Below are positions 32,329 through 42,984 of a stretch of 64,000 nucleotides of DNA, in pieces. The translations under genes and the position numbers were made by a program. The stretch is from Candidatus Krumholzibacteriales bacterium (GTDB lineage Bacteria > Krumholzibacteriota > Krumholzibacteriia > Krumholzibacteriales > WJIX01): assembly GCA_046483305.1 (NCBI GenBank), contig JAWODM010000018.1, positions 38,042 to 102,041 of the forward strand. The letters are read 5' to 3'. The notes under the pieces were generated by a model. The model saw only the letters and a program-made list of their open reading frames with translations. It was not told the DNA's origin and did not search any database. Position 1 is the stretch's first letter; each line of letters begins with the position of its first letter.

Positions 32329-33633
32329 TTAGAAATTGAAATTCGTTCTGAGCCCGAAAAGAGCTATTCGTTCCGAACCGCCGCCCGCGTTCCAGACCAT
32401 CTGAAGGTGGGGCGAGAGGCAGGCCCATTTATTCAGACGGCAGCGAGAGTAAATTTCCATTATCCGTTCATTATTCAGGTCATGATCTGCGGGTATATTC
32501 TCTCCTGCCGCAAGGCCCAGCACCACTGTTTTGCCGGCAATCTCCCGCACAAGGCGGGTTCCGGCGCTCCAGGACGATTCGATTCTCCAGAAGTCGGCGA
32601 GATCATCCTGGTTTCTGCCGTAACGGGCGAATAGATTGAAAGCTCCAAACGACACGTGATCGAGACTGACGCCATACCCGTAGGCGCCTTCAGCTGAGGG
32701 ATGCTGATAGCCGTAAACCCGGAAATTGGATTCAAAATCTGAATCGGGCAGAAAAGCAATCCCGATACCGGCTATCCTGTATATTTCTTCAAACAGGTCT
32801 TTTCCCGAATTGTCCGCGCTGGAAAGCCCCACCTGAAAGTGAAGGCGATTTGCCAGGGTGGTCCGAAAACGAACCCCAGGGGCGTTTTCCGGCACGGCGA
32901 AGGCGGCGCTGTTTACAAACGCGCTGCTGATGAACTGGGTAGTCTCATCATTAGCCGAGGCATTATTATCAAAATAGTTGGTCAGGTCGATCTTTCCGGC
33001 GGTGATTGTAAATATCCTGTCACACATGGTAAATTCAGACCAGGCCTCCAGCACGGTCAGACGGTCCACCCCGTCTTCGTCCTGAGTTGAGCCCGCGTCG
33101 TCATTCAGCCCGGCCATTGTTGAATAAAACTCGTCCGGCCCGTCCCCCCCAACCGCTTCCAGATCGAAGAAGAGCAGGCTGTGAGGCCCGAAGGCGGTAT
33201 GGGCGTAGATATCAAATGACCCGGCCCCCATGGTGTGACCGTCTCCGCCGCCATGTCCATACTGCAGAATGGTGGTTGAACCTCCGTTGAATCTGAGCTG
33301 CCCCGGCCTTCTGGTGATAGCCTCCAAAAGCGCTTCAACTCTGTTCCGCCTGCTTCTTCTGTTCATATTCGCCCTCTCTACATTCTCATCGTCCTCCTCC
33401 ATCAGCGCAACCAAGTCATCCGCACTTGCAAGGCCTCTACCCCTGCCTCTTCGCCTTCCCCCTCCACTCTGCTCCTCCATCGACTGTATCTTTCTGCGCA
33501 GGGAATCAATTTCAGCTTCCAGCCGGCGGATACTGCGCGCCGTGGTTGAATCAGCTTCCCGGGCTATGACCATTTCAGCTGGGATAGTTGATAAAATTAT
33601 TAAAAGTAATAAAAGGGCAGAATATCTGTTCAT
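32329..33633 (-). CDS. Outer-membrane porin (OprB/carbohydrate porin-like) with N-terminal coiled coil
   Basis: Signal peptide, AGKIDLTNYFDNNASANDETTQF, LSPHLQMVWN, terminal FGLRTNFNF. Confidence 0.8.
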   Translation of the reverse strand: MNRYSALLLLLIILSTIPAEMVIAREADSTTARSIRRLEAEIDSLRRKIQSMEEQSGGGRRRGRGRGLASADDLVALMEEDDENVERANMNRRSRRNRVEALLEAITRRPGQLRFNGGSTTILQYGHGGGDGHTMGAGSFDIYAHTAFGPHSLLFFDLEAVGGDGPDEFYSTMAGLNDDAGSTQDEDGVDRLTVLEAWSEFTMCDRIFTITAGKIDLTNYFDNNASANDETTQFISSAFVNSAAFAVPENAPGVRFRTTLANRLHFQVGLSSADNSGKDLFEEIYRIAGIGIAFLPDSDFESNFRVYGYQHPSAEGAYGYGVSLDHVSFGAFNLFARYGRNQDDLADFWRIESSWSAGTRLVREIAGKTVVLGLAAGENIPADHDLNNERIMEIYSRCRLNKWACLSPHLQMVWNAGGGSERIALFGLRTNFNF

Positions 33634-34080
33634 GACTCTTTCCTGTTCCATAACTTATTTATACATCGAGCTTTCCAGAACCCAGTGATATTTTTTAATC
33701 CTGTTATGGCATTACGCTTACTTCACCAGGATTCAGGAATAGCCCGGGTTAATTACCAGAGCAAATTAACAGAAAGGATTGGAAGTTTCCACTAAAAAAT
33801 GAAAGTAGATCCCCGGCGGGCATGCCCGTGCAACTCCGACCTGCGGGTTATTAGATGCCCTGTGCAATCAAGGAGGCAGAATCACGCTTTAAATTAACAG
33901 TTCTTTCAAGGTCAAACCTTTATCAGGCCCGGCTATTACTGAGGCTGGATTCTGAAATAAAGTAGAAACAGATCAGGTAACAGTCGAAAGAGACAATGAC
34001 AGAAATATTCATCATGCATATAATGGATTTAATGGTTAAGTCAATACACAATAAGATTCGTGAAAAAGGAGGCAATGACT

Positions 34081-34275
34081 ATGAAAGTGTCAGTAGACCA
34101 GGATCTATGCACCGGATGTGAATTATGTGTCGAAACATGCCCGGATATTTTCAAGATGGACGAGGATGTGGCAGTAGCTTACAAAAATAACGATCCCGTA
34201 CCGGAAGAGATGGAAGAATGCGCCAGGGAAGCCTCTGAAGGATGCCCTGTGGAAGCGATACCGCTGGAAGAATAA
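34081..34275 (+). CDS. Monocluster 4Fe-4S ferredoxin
   Basis: VDQDLCTGCELCVETCP...CPVEAI; AAGGAGG RBS. Confidence 0.93.
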   Translation: MKVSVDQDLCTGCELCVETCPDIFKMDEDVAVAYKNNDPVPEEMEECAREASEGCPVEAIPLEE

Positions 34276-34339
34276 AGAATACAATGCGTATTTAATTTCC
34301 GGTGAAAATGCGGGGTGCCGGTAAAGGCAGAAAAAGGAA

Positions 34340-35060
34340 AAGGGTAATTGCCTGGGAAAATCCTCATAATAGCGGTCGTACTGTTAATCCCGGCCGGATT
34401 CATTATTTCCAGGTCACAACCTGACCGCGCTGCGGTCCTGGATTATCTGGAGAACGTGGATGAGAATTTCCGTTTCACCTTCAAGGAGCCGATGTCGATC
34501 TCTCTGACTCATCACAGAAAGCGGAACAGAACTCTTCTTTTGATTTCTCCAGGCGGCCGAGCCGGTGACTGGACGCCATCATGCTGCAATTCGAATACCT
34601 CAACAGGAAGAAGATCCCCCCGCTTGATCATTTCCTGAAATCGCTGGAAGGATTTGCTGACAGCGTCCCGGAGGGCGTCCCCCTTGCTATAGAGACAGGA
34701 AACAGCAACTACCTGCATAGAGAGTATTTTCAGCCCCTGCGGGAAAAGAGCCTGATGCGCGTATTCTCCGAAAAGATCTATATGCCTCATGCTTACGGGG
34801 TCTATGAGAAGTCCGGTGACCTGCTGGCCGTGGTGGCGGCTATCCGGCTGCCTGGTGGAGACAGGAAGGATATTGAAAGTTGACCGGTAAGGAATGGAAT
34901 AAACTGGTTGACCCTGAAGATGACCTGGAGGAGGTAGCGGCTATGGCCAGGGATATTGCATGAAGAGAAATATATCTGACAATTAATATCAATAATCATT
35001 ACGAAGGGTCCGCGCCGCTCACTATTGAGAGGCTCGAGGCGATGCCGGGGATCAGATAAT
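34340..35060 (+). pseudogene. DUF72 family pseudogene
   Basis: Fragments FRFTFKEPMSISLTH, MLQFEYLN, LAIETGN, IRLPGGDR and NINNHYEGSAPLTI are split by frameshifts and stops; ends approximate. Confidence 0.75.
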
Positions 35061-35170
35061 TATATTTTCCCCTGATGCCTGTATTGAGTATTGATTATCG
35101 TAAAATCCGGTTATGAACAGACAGGGCCGCCCCGTTAGCCAGGTAGAGGTTTTACCAGCCGCCCATGAGC

Positions 35171-35698
35171 TTACCCTTGCCCATCCGCTTTGAATGCGTG
35201 GTGGAAGGTGACCTTTCCTTCAGGAATATACCCATCAAAGGAGAGAGCGAAAAAGGCCTCCCGCGGCACTCCATCATGAACGAGGCCGGCCGGATTCTCA
35301 AAGCCGATTTTTCCGTAGTAATCCGGATACCCCACCAAGCAGCATCCCGCCGCATTCAGGTTCTTCAGCTCGGATAACCCTTTCTCTATCAGAGCCTTGC
35401 CAACCCCCCTGCCCTGATATTCCGGCAACACCGATACCGGCCCAAGCCCATACCAGCCCGGTGTTCCGTCCGATACCGTCACCGGGGAGAATGCTATATG
35501 GCCGACAATCCTGCCATCCAATTCCGCAACCAGCGACAGGGTGAGGGCTCCGGCGGCGCGGAGAGCCTCTATGATGAAATGCTCCGTCTGGCCGCTGATT
35601 TCAAGGGTCTTGAACTCGGCAATGGTTACTCCGGTTATCGCGCCGATATCGGCGCCGGTCTCGTTTCTGATAATTATCGAGGGGATTATAGAATTCAT
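35171..35698 (-). CDS. GNAT N-acetyltransferase (YhbS-like)
   Basis: IVGHIAFSPV, LGPVSVLPEYQGRGVGKALI, LVGYPDYYGKIGF. Confidence 0.88.
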   Translation of the reverse strand: MNSIIPSIIIRNETGADIGAITGVTIAEFKTLEISGQTEHFIIEALRAAGALTLSLVAELDGRIVGHIAFSPVTVSDGTPGWYGLGPVSVLPEYQGRGVGKALIEKGLSELKNLNAAGCCLVGYPDYYGKIGFENPAGLVHDGVPREAFFALSFDGYIPEGKVTFHHAFKADGQG

Positions 35699-36129
35699 TC
35701 CGGTCAGTACTCCTCATCTCCATCCAGGGCGAACCTGTAGCGAACGCTCATCGAAGCAGGTGTATCCAGATTGTCAGCGAAGTAACTCAGCCTTGCCGCA
35801 ATGTCAACTTCTCCCCCATCACTCTTTCTGATATTAAGTTTCAGTTCCAGCACCGCAATCATGGAGTTAAGTGTTCAGGTTGACGCCCCTTCAGTAGATT
35901 TAATTTTGGTTCTATATAGAGGCGGCGCTGTGCAGGCGACTTTAAGCAGACTGCCGTCTTTATAGCGCTGTCTGACCAGGTCGCGAATATGTTCTGCAAT
36001 CGCTCGCTTTGGATTCTGCCCCAGCCAATAGAGATTGATTGCCATATCCGAAGGAAATCCAACGCTTCTATTTTCGTTTTCTTCTTTAGCCATTATCCCG
36101 GCACTCCCTTAAGCGCTATGACACTCAAA

Positions 36130-36900
36130 TACAGCTGACAAGCCGCTTAGAGTCTTGCATGTGTTTTGCCAACCTTTCGTATTATTCAGGGTTATTGTAG
36201 CCCAGGCACGAATGGCGACAAATGCGATTATAAAACATTCCGGTGTACATGAAAATATCTCTTTTTGCCTACTTCCTGGGTTTTATACTTTTCTGGATAA
36301 TCAGATTCAATTTTCAATGACCCGAAGAAACTCTCCATCACAGCATTATCCCAGCAGCCCTCCCTTCCGGCTCATACTGCAGAGCATACCGTGTTTTATG
36401 AGCTTCTCCTGGTACCTGTAACCGGCGTACTGTATGTACACACCCCTCTCTGAGTGTTGCAGAAGCCCTAGAGACGACCTTCTGGCCTCTATGGCCATAT
36501 CCAGAGAATCTAATACAGGTTTTTCAGTCTACCGCCTGTTCATGGCCCAGCCCACGATGCGCCTCGAATACAGGTCCATCACCGTTACCAGGTATAACCA
36601 CCTTCATCTGTTCGGATATGGGTTATATCCAATATCCATATTCTGTCAGGTTCTTTAATCTCAAAACACCTTTTCAACAATAAATGCGCTACAGCGCAAT
36701 CATGCCTTGAATCCGTCGTTCTCCGGAACTTTTTCCTGAACCTTGCCCTTATCCCGTTCTTCCTCATTAATCTCTCCACTCTCTTCGAGAGGCATAAATA
36801 TAATAAGATCAGTCCACACACTTCTCCTTAGTACATAAATCGGGTGCAGGTCAATTATCGTGGGCGAAATATCCAGGCACTTTCCCTCTCTTCTCAGCAC
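36130..36900 (-). pseudogene. Degenerate IS3-family transposase (OrfB)
   Basis: RVERLMRKNGI, TTDSRH, PDRIWILDITHIRTDEG, SMSRKG..CWDNAVMESFFGSLK across shifted frames; ends approximate. Confidence 0.85.
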
Positions 36901-37042
36901 TGCTCTTCCCGTGGATACAATTAATTGAACCAATATTCTAAACATATGAACACGATATAGGTCAACTAAAAGAGGAGGTAGGTAATTGAAGGGTAAGCCG
37001 GTTAGGGTTAAAATTAATATTGGAATATATAATGAAAGGTTT

Positions 37043-38257
37043 ATGCGAATGAAGAATTTTAATCTCCTTTTTACGGTACTCTTTATCATCGGAATGTCAT
37101 TTATCAGCTGCGGCGAAGACGAAACCACGGGACCCGACTCCGGCGGAGACAACTTGTATGTGGAGATTGCCAGTCCCGCCGATGGCCAGACTTTCGTTGA
37201 AGGTGATACCATAAATTTCACAGGAAGTGGACTGAACCTGGAAGGCGGAGTCCTGGAAGACAGTATGCTGGTGTGGGTGTCGGACATTGATGACACCATA
37301 GGTATCGGGGGCTCTTTTATCAGAGACGATCTTTCCATTAACCACCATATAATAACCCTTACCGGAACGGACAGTGAAGGAAAAACCGGATCTGAAAGTG
37401 TCGATATAACGATTACCAGAGATTATTACCGGCTGATAACCGTCTCCGCCACAGCAGGCTATCAGATGGGATGGGGAGGGATAAGCGACGATGAAATACC
37501 GGTCCACACGGTATCACTGGATTCGTTCCGAATCGGAAAATACGAAATAACCTACGGACTCTGGAAGGAGGTGATGGACTGGGCGGTATCCTCCGGCGGC
37601 TACACCTTTACCAATGAGGGGAGAACCGGAGGGTGTTATCCAGCTCCCTGCGTCAACACCGACCGGCATCCCGTTACAGAAATAGACTGGCGGGACTGTA
37701 TCGCCTGGTGCAACGCCTATTCGGAGATGGAAGGGTTGGAACCGGTATATTATACCTCCCCGGCTCAGACCGAAGTATACCGCAGCTCACTTCCCGTTTC
37801 CTATATATATAATGATTACGTGGATTGGTCAGCAAACGGTTACAGACTCCCCACCGAAGCGGAATGGGAATATGCCGCCAGATACATAGACGGAACCATG
37901 ATCTCTTCAGGAGGAAAGCACTCCGGATATAATATATATGTGAATATCGAGGACTGCGCCTGGTTTTACCAGAATTCAGTGTCCGGCACTCACCCGGTCG
38001 GAGAGCTCAAACCAAACAGTCTGGGAGCACACGATATGAGCGGGAACGTCTGGGAATTGTGCTGGGACATTTTCGGAGAATACCCCTCCATTTCCCAGGA
38101 TAATCCTCACGGCCCGGACGAGGGAACCGATAGGGTAATGCGGGGTGGCAGCTGGAACGGCTACGCCTCCTACTGTCAGACCTCGTACCGCAGAAGGATC
38201 AGGCCCAGAGACTCCTTTTACAATATCGGCTTCCGCGTCTGCAGAAACGTGGAATAG
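37043..38257 (+). CDS. Lipoprotein with Ig-like domain and SUMF1/FGE-sulfatase-like domain
   Basis: FISC lipobox; YRLPTEAEWEYAAR, HDMSGNVWE, RVMRGGSW, IGFRV. Confidence 0.9.
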   Translation: MRMKNFNLLFTVLFIIGMSFISCGEDETTGPDSGGDNLYVEIASPADGQTFVEGDTINFTGSGLNLEGGVLEDSMLVWVSDIDDTIGIGGSFIRDDLSINHHIITLTGTDSEGKTGSESVDITITRDYYRLITVSATAGYQMGWGGISDDEIPVHTVSLDSFRIGKYEITYGLWKEVMDWAVSSGGYTFTNEGRTGGCYPAPCVNTDRHPVTEIDWRDCIAWCNAYSEMEGLEPVYYTSPAQTEVYRSSLPVSYIYNDYVDWSANGYRLPTEAEWEYAARYIDGTMISSGGKHSGYNIYVNIEDCAWFYQNSVSGTHPVGELKPNSLGAHDMSGNVWELCWDIFGEYPSISQDNPHGPDEGTDRVMRGGSWNGYASYCQTSYRRRIRPRDSFYNIGFRVCRNVE

Positions 38258-38269
38258 TAGCGTCTTCCG

Positions 38270-39000
38270 TAAGAACACCTTTTCTTTATGAGTTGACGGC
38301 GCCCGGAACCCCATCCGGAATCGTACTCATCGTCCATCCTCCAATTAGAACAGCGGAGGTTCCGCTATCTTTATCCGACAGCCGCTTTGGTGACCCGTAA
38401 TTTAATGGAGGTTCGGACAAATGGTTGGCCACCGGGCACCTCACTCTTTATCGCTGCTATCAGCGGGGACTGAAAATCTCGATACCTGAAAAACAGGCAA
38501 AGTGGCAGCTGCCGCAAATGACAACCTAATCCTGGTATGGCAACAAGGGTCCCCCCCGGTTAATCTCCTGGCGTCCCCGGGAGCTTCACCCCGGCAATGA
38601 AGTATATTGATATTTCTTCCGCCCGCCTTGAACCTCTTCAGGGATTTACTATCAATAACGGCGCTTCCGGGTTATTACCCGGTGGCAGTCTCTCCGTGGA
38701 CATTTTCAGGTTCGGGATATCCTTCATCATAGACTGTTCCAGTTCCGACAGCCTCCTCCCCATTTCATCCTCATTCTTACGGCTGCATTTCAGTATCAAC
38801 TCCGACCTGTCCGGGACCATATTATGTCTTCTTCCTTCCTTCAGCCTCAATATCTCAGGATCCAAGAACGAGCCCCGGCCCTTTTTCCATCTTCCTTCCA
38901 ATTCCATCGAAAACATTCCCTTTTGAGCGGCTGGCCGACCCCTCTTTAGAAATCTATTCATGCAGGGGGAGTCAGGCAAGATATACTCTGACTCGGCCTC
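38270..39000 (-). pseudogene. Possible decayed M20-family peptidase fragment
   Basis: QKGMFSMELEGR...EGRRHNMVPDRSEL resembles an M20 dimerisation segment; surrounding frames broken; ends approximate. Confidence 0.4.
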
Positions 39001-39370
39001 AGCCCCACCCCAAAACCAATTCTGCTTTAAGTACCAGGAACATGGCAGAAGGAAATCTTCTTATTCCTGAAATCGGGGTAACACGACAAAGAACAGCTTG
39101 AATGGTTCTGCAAACCCTCCCCTCCACACTTGCCTGGTCGAAGGAGAAAATCCAACTTTATATACTTCGTCGAGAATCTGACGGCTCAGGAGCGCTCCGC
39201 CTGCGTAATCAAATTGAAAGTTAATAATAACAGCGTGATCTATCAGATATCTTGCCGGCCGTACAGGTTTTATGAATAGAATTATAAAATTAACTGGAAT
39301 TCTTTTAATAATACTCTCCTTACAAGAATAAAGAGCTACAGTACCCTTATCTCATCAATCCACCAAATAA

Positions 39371-39922
39371 CTAGAAATCCACTGCTGCCGGCCTGCCTTC
39401 CGGGCTCCAGAAAAGCCCATGTTCAAAACTGCATATTTCCATATGCTCTGGGCTGACTTTGATCAGTACATAATTCCTGTCGAAATCTGGATAGAATTTG
39501 GTCCATCCATCCCGCCAGTATTTCTTCTTAATTCCCGGTTCATCAATAAGCTCAGCCTTTCCGGCCACAGAAACGTAGCTTCTGCCGTCACTATCGTAAT
39601 AATAAACCATGACATTGGGATTATTCTTCAGCTGCTTCACTTTGCGGCTGGCCGGATTGGTGCCAAGAAAGATCGTAAAATCCTCTTCCGGGGGGAAGGG
39701 CGACATGGCCCTTGCCTGCGGTCTATGGTCTTCATCAACCGTAATAATAGTGCGGCATTCAGCTGAATCGATGATGGTACGGGCCAGACTCAACAAGCTG
39801 TCCCTTGCCAGCTCCTGTTCCTTGAAATAATTTGCTTCCCGGGCTTTCAATGCAAAACCCGTATCCAGCAGCGAAATAACTGTCATACAAACAATGAAAA
39901 GGATTGGTTTGATCTTCATCAT
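39371..39922 (-). CDS. Pyridoxamine 5'-phosphate oxidase-like / general stress protein 26 family, exported
   Basis: ITVDEDHRPQARAM, TNPASRKVKQLKNNPNV, YVSVAGKAEL; signal-like N-terminus. Confidence 0.82.
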   Translation of the reverse strand: MMKIKPILFIVCMTVISLLDTGFALKAREANYFKEQELARDSLLSLARTIIDSAECRTIITVDEDHRPQARAMSPFPPEEDFTIFLGTNPASRKVKQLKNNPNVMVYYYDSDGRSYVSVAGKAELIDEPGIKKKYWRDGWTKFYPDFDRNYVLIKVSPEHMEICSFEHGLFWSPEGRPAAVDF

Positions 39923-39959
39923 TATCTCCTGTTTTAAACAGATTACAATGAATTGATAT

Positions 39960-40188
39960 TTTACCTGTTATCAACTAAAGGCACAAAGCTTTCATTCGCC
40001 AGTATCTTAAGATCAGCCAGCGTCAGCTCATGCAACCTGAGCGGCATCTTCTATAAGAGGCGGCTTCAGCCTTGCAAGAGCAACTCCCCTGGCTTTATCC
40101 CATTCAGTGCATTGAGTAAGATCCTCTTGAGCCCGGAATTCCCATTCCTTTTCTTCAGTTTAAACTCGGGGATCTTCATCTTTTTCAT
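39960..40188 (-). pseudogene. BrnA/CopG-like antitoxin pseudogene
   Basis: MKKMKIPEFK / EEKEWEFRAQED..EWDKA..LKP / LADLKILAN in shifting frames. Confidence 0.65.
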
Positions 40189-40430
40189 AATTTATCAAAA
40201 CCCTTCCGGTCGTTCCCGGTCACCTCGCTGGCTGATATAACCCTGATAAGTTTTCCTCTTATCTTGAAAGCAACGGATAGTTTTCTTTTTGTATCAGTAA
40301 TGCCCAATGCATAATATCGCTTTTCTCGTATCGAATGTTTTTCGCCCAGGCCGGATATCATAGGACTATCAAAAGGCTCGTTAATAGTTTGAGCATCTGT
40401 TTTGTTCCCTTATATTATTTATTGATACGA
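40185..40430 (-). pseudogene. BrnT toxin pseudogene
   Basis: HSIREKRYYALGITD and FKIRGKLIRVISAS in different frames; stop overlaps antitoxin ATG (ATGA). Confidence 0.65.
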
Positions 40431-40714
40431 TGTATAATAATACAGCTCCCGGTTGGTCCGCCGGAAACTGTATCGAATGATGAATTTGATATATATTATT
40501 TTATTGAAAGGCATCCTGTGAATAACTTCGAAGGTTTCAGCCCGGCCGAGATGCACCGGTTGCTGTATTACCCTTTCAAGTCTGAAGGGTCTCCTCTCAG
40601 GCTATGCGCTGATATTGAATCCCGGAAACTTGAAAATTCAAAATTCTTCAGAGATATAATTGTGGCGGCCTCAGGGAGCGCTGCCTGGATATACTTTGCA
40701 TTGAAAACAAAACC

Positions 40715-41974
40715 CTAAAAACTGTACTTAAATTTAAAATATCCCATGTCATTATCACTATACTGGCCAAATTGGCCCTCGTCACCAACGAACAGGTTGG
40801 CTCCCAGCAGTACTTCGAAACCATCGGCCATATCGTAATAGATACGCGGACGAATTAAAGCATCATTATTGTTCAAACCGATATATGAAAACAATTCCAG
40901 TGTCAGTGTTTCGCGCATGAAATCACGCCGGGCACGCAGGGTTGCCGTGTTATTGAATTCATCATTCCTGATGCCCGGATGGTAATCCATTATGGCCTGC
41001 TGAATAAACTGGCCGCTCAGATCAATGTCCCATAAGCTGTAATCGAGACCCAGCAGATAGTGAATATAATTTTTTTCCACTTCAGCATCGGCGGTATTGA
41101 AGTATTTCCCGGAATACCATGCTCCCTCACCCCGAAATACAACGGGCCCCAGCGTGGTACTGAAACTGCCGCCCGCGATACCAAGGCGATGATGTTCCGG
41201 GGTTACCGTTAACGAAAGGATCTCCCTGCTTTCCGGATCAACGGATCTGCTGATATGCATGGTGGGGTCATCATCCCAGGCATAACCGGCCATAATTTCA
41301 AAATCGATGGCCGATGTCATAGCCGAATATTTGGCGAAAAATTCACTGTTCTTCAGAGAACCTTCAACCTCCCTGCGTGAATAATCATACCGGGGCGGTA
41401 CAGGATAATCTATTTGCGGCCGCCAGATCGATTCTTCTTCCGGATATAGTGTCGGTGTAAACACAGGCAGCCAGACCGCCTCCAGATTATGATCACCAAG
41501 ATAATAATCGAACTTAAATGCGGTAACGCCGATACGTATTTCTTCGAAATCCGGCAGCAGAAATTCACGCAGGTCCTTAGGCGAAATGATATCCGTGATA
41601 AATACCCCCTCTGCCTTACCCCAGATGATCTGTTGTTTGCCGATGCGCAGATCCACCTTATCGAAATAAACATCCATGTAAACTTCCCGAAGATCGATTT
41701 CCAGTTCGGAATCAGAATAATGATAAAGATATGGATTGGCCTTAAAGGCGATCTTGCCTTTTCTATGCTCCAGGTCGAGATTCAAGGTATTCTGAATGAT
41801 CGAATACTCGTTTTCTTCGTTCATCAATATCCCCGTATAGTTGCGGACATAGCCATTAAGAGAAACTCCCCGCGCGAAAGCCATATTCACACTGCCCGAA
41901 ACTAACAATCCAGCCAGGAATAATAGCCGCAGGAATGCTGCGCTCAGTTTATTGCCTCTAAGAGAAAATCTCAT
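40715..41974 (-). CDS. Outer-membrane beta-barrel protein (DUF1302-like)
   Basis: Signal peptide; DLREVYMD, LRIGKQQIIWG; terminal FKFKYSF. Confidence 0.8.
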   Translation of the reverse strand: MRFSLRGNKLSAAFLRLLFLAGLLVSGSVNMAFARGVSLNGYVRNYTGILMNEENEYSIIQNTLNLDLEHRKGKIAFKANPYLYHYSDSELEIDLREVYMDVYFDKVDLRIGKQQIIWGKAEGVFITDIISPKDLREFLLPDFEEIRIGVTAFKFDYYLGDHNLEAVWLPVFTPTLYPEEESIWRPQIDYPVPPRYDYSRREVEGSLKNSEFFAKYSAMTSAIDFEIMAGYAWDDDPTMHISRSVDPESREILSLTVTPEHHRLGIAGGSFSTTLGPVVFRGEGAWYSGKYFNTADAEVEKNYIHYLLGLDYSLWDIDLSGQFIQQAIMDYHPGIRNDEFNNTATLRARRDFMRETLTLELFSYIGLNNNDALIRPRIYYDMADGFEVLLGANLFVGDEGQFGQYSDNDMGYFKFKYSF

Positions 41975-42759
41975 CTCAGCCCGCGTTTCATCATCCGTTC
42001 GGTAAATTTGCTGTCTGAAATACCGATGTCTACTTTTACGTCTTCCAGTAACATGTCGGTAGTGTGGTTTTTCTGCACGTTGTGCATCTGGCTGTGGGTG
42101 ATAATCCAGTAATCCTTGATCTTTTCATATTTCTTAACTTTCAACCTTTTTAAATGATCTTCGTCTTCATCGTAGAATTCTTTTTTCAGTCCGATCCATT
42201 TGTCCTTTATTACCCAGGTTACGGTCCTCGAATACATGTATTCTTCCTCTCTGGGAATGCTTTCCACGACATAACAGTCTTCGCCGTTGAACTCCTCTTC
42301 CCGAAGCAGTTTGTGCTTATCTTCGGAGGGGTGCCGGTCACCAAGGTCATCGTAGGTAAAATCCGATCCCATAAAGTAGTCGCTTTTGCTGTCGCTGGAA
42401 ATCCGTTTTACTCTTTTCAATGCCGGCAGGTAGATCCATTGGTCGTCGTCTCTGCCCTTTTCGTCGTAACTCCAGTTCATGAAGGATGTATTCCGTACAT
42501 CTGCCGGGGAGAGAAAGAACATGATCTTCTTTTCTTCCTTTCCGAAATCCTTTATAAACTGCTTGATTTCACGAACACGGGTATCCCCCTGAGAGTTGAT
42601 AAGCGTCATGGTCAACAGACCCTCCTGGTCTTCCCCGGTGGGACGATAGTAAACGCTCCGGATAATGTCGAGTCCGGCCGGGTCATCCTGACCATAGATC
42701 AGAATGGATACCGCCATAAGAAGTAAAAACAAACCGGCGTAGATAATTCCTCTCTTCAT
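41971..42759 (-). CDS. Outer-membrane lipoprotein-sorting protein (LolA-like)
   Basis: FLSPADVRNTSF, DDQWIYLPALKRVKRI, FMGSDFTYDDL; GGAG RBS before ATG 42759. Confidence 0.88.
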   Translation of the reverse strand: MKRGIIYAGLFLLLMAVSILIYGQDDPAGLDIIRSVYYRPTGEDQEGLLTMTLINSQGDTRVREIKQFIKDFGKEEKKIMFFLSPADVRNTSFMNWSYDEKGRDDDQWIYLPALKRVKRISSDSKSDYFMGSDFTYDDLGDRHPSEDKHKLLREEEFNGEDCYVVESIPREEEYMYSRTVTWVIKDKWIGLKKEFYDEDEDHLKRLKVKKYEKIKDYWIITHSQMHNVQKNHTTDMLLEDVKVDIGISDSKFTERMMKRGLR

Positions 42760-42984
42760 AGTCACACTCCTTTGCCAATGACATCTTTGATAATAAGCGG
42801 AATGTTGATCGCAGTGAAAGAAAATCTCTTCCATTCATTCCGCCCGTTCGTTTTGCCGCCTTTGACTTCGATTACGTTCCCGTCCAACTCGGAGTTTGAC
42901 TCCAGCAGGGCTGCCCAACTCAAGGCAATAAGAATGAGCAGGATTGAAACACTTCCCGGGTCAGCAAAATTCATAAAATCGCTC

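Noticed and set aside
31880..34060. Cobalamin riboswitch or Fur box near the porin and DUF4876 genes
   Set aside because: No convincing consensus elements found by eye
34860..34965. In-frame TGA read-through (selenocysteine or alternative code) in DUF72
   Set aside because: Accompanied by frameshifts, and TGA is a normal stop in intact genes such as eno
35700..36093. 72-aa minus-strand ORF MAKEENENRSVGF
   Set aside because: Possibly a gene remnant, but I cannot assign or support it
40480..40718. Fragment NNFEGFSPAEMHRLLYYPF
   Set aside because: Looks like a truncated hypothetical gene; no credible start or function
42762..42975. Small ORF between the MMPL and LolA-like genes
   Set aside because: Fills the gap on the right strand but has no clear RBS or motif
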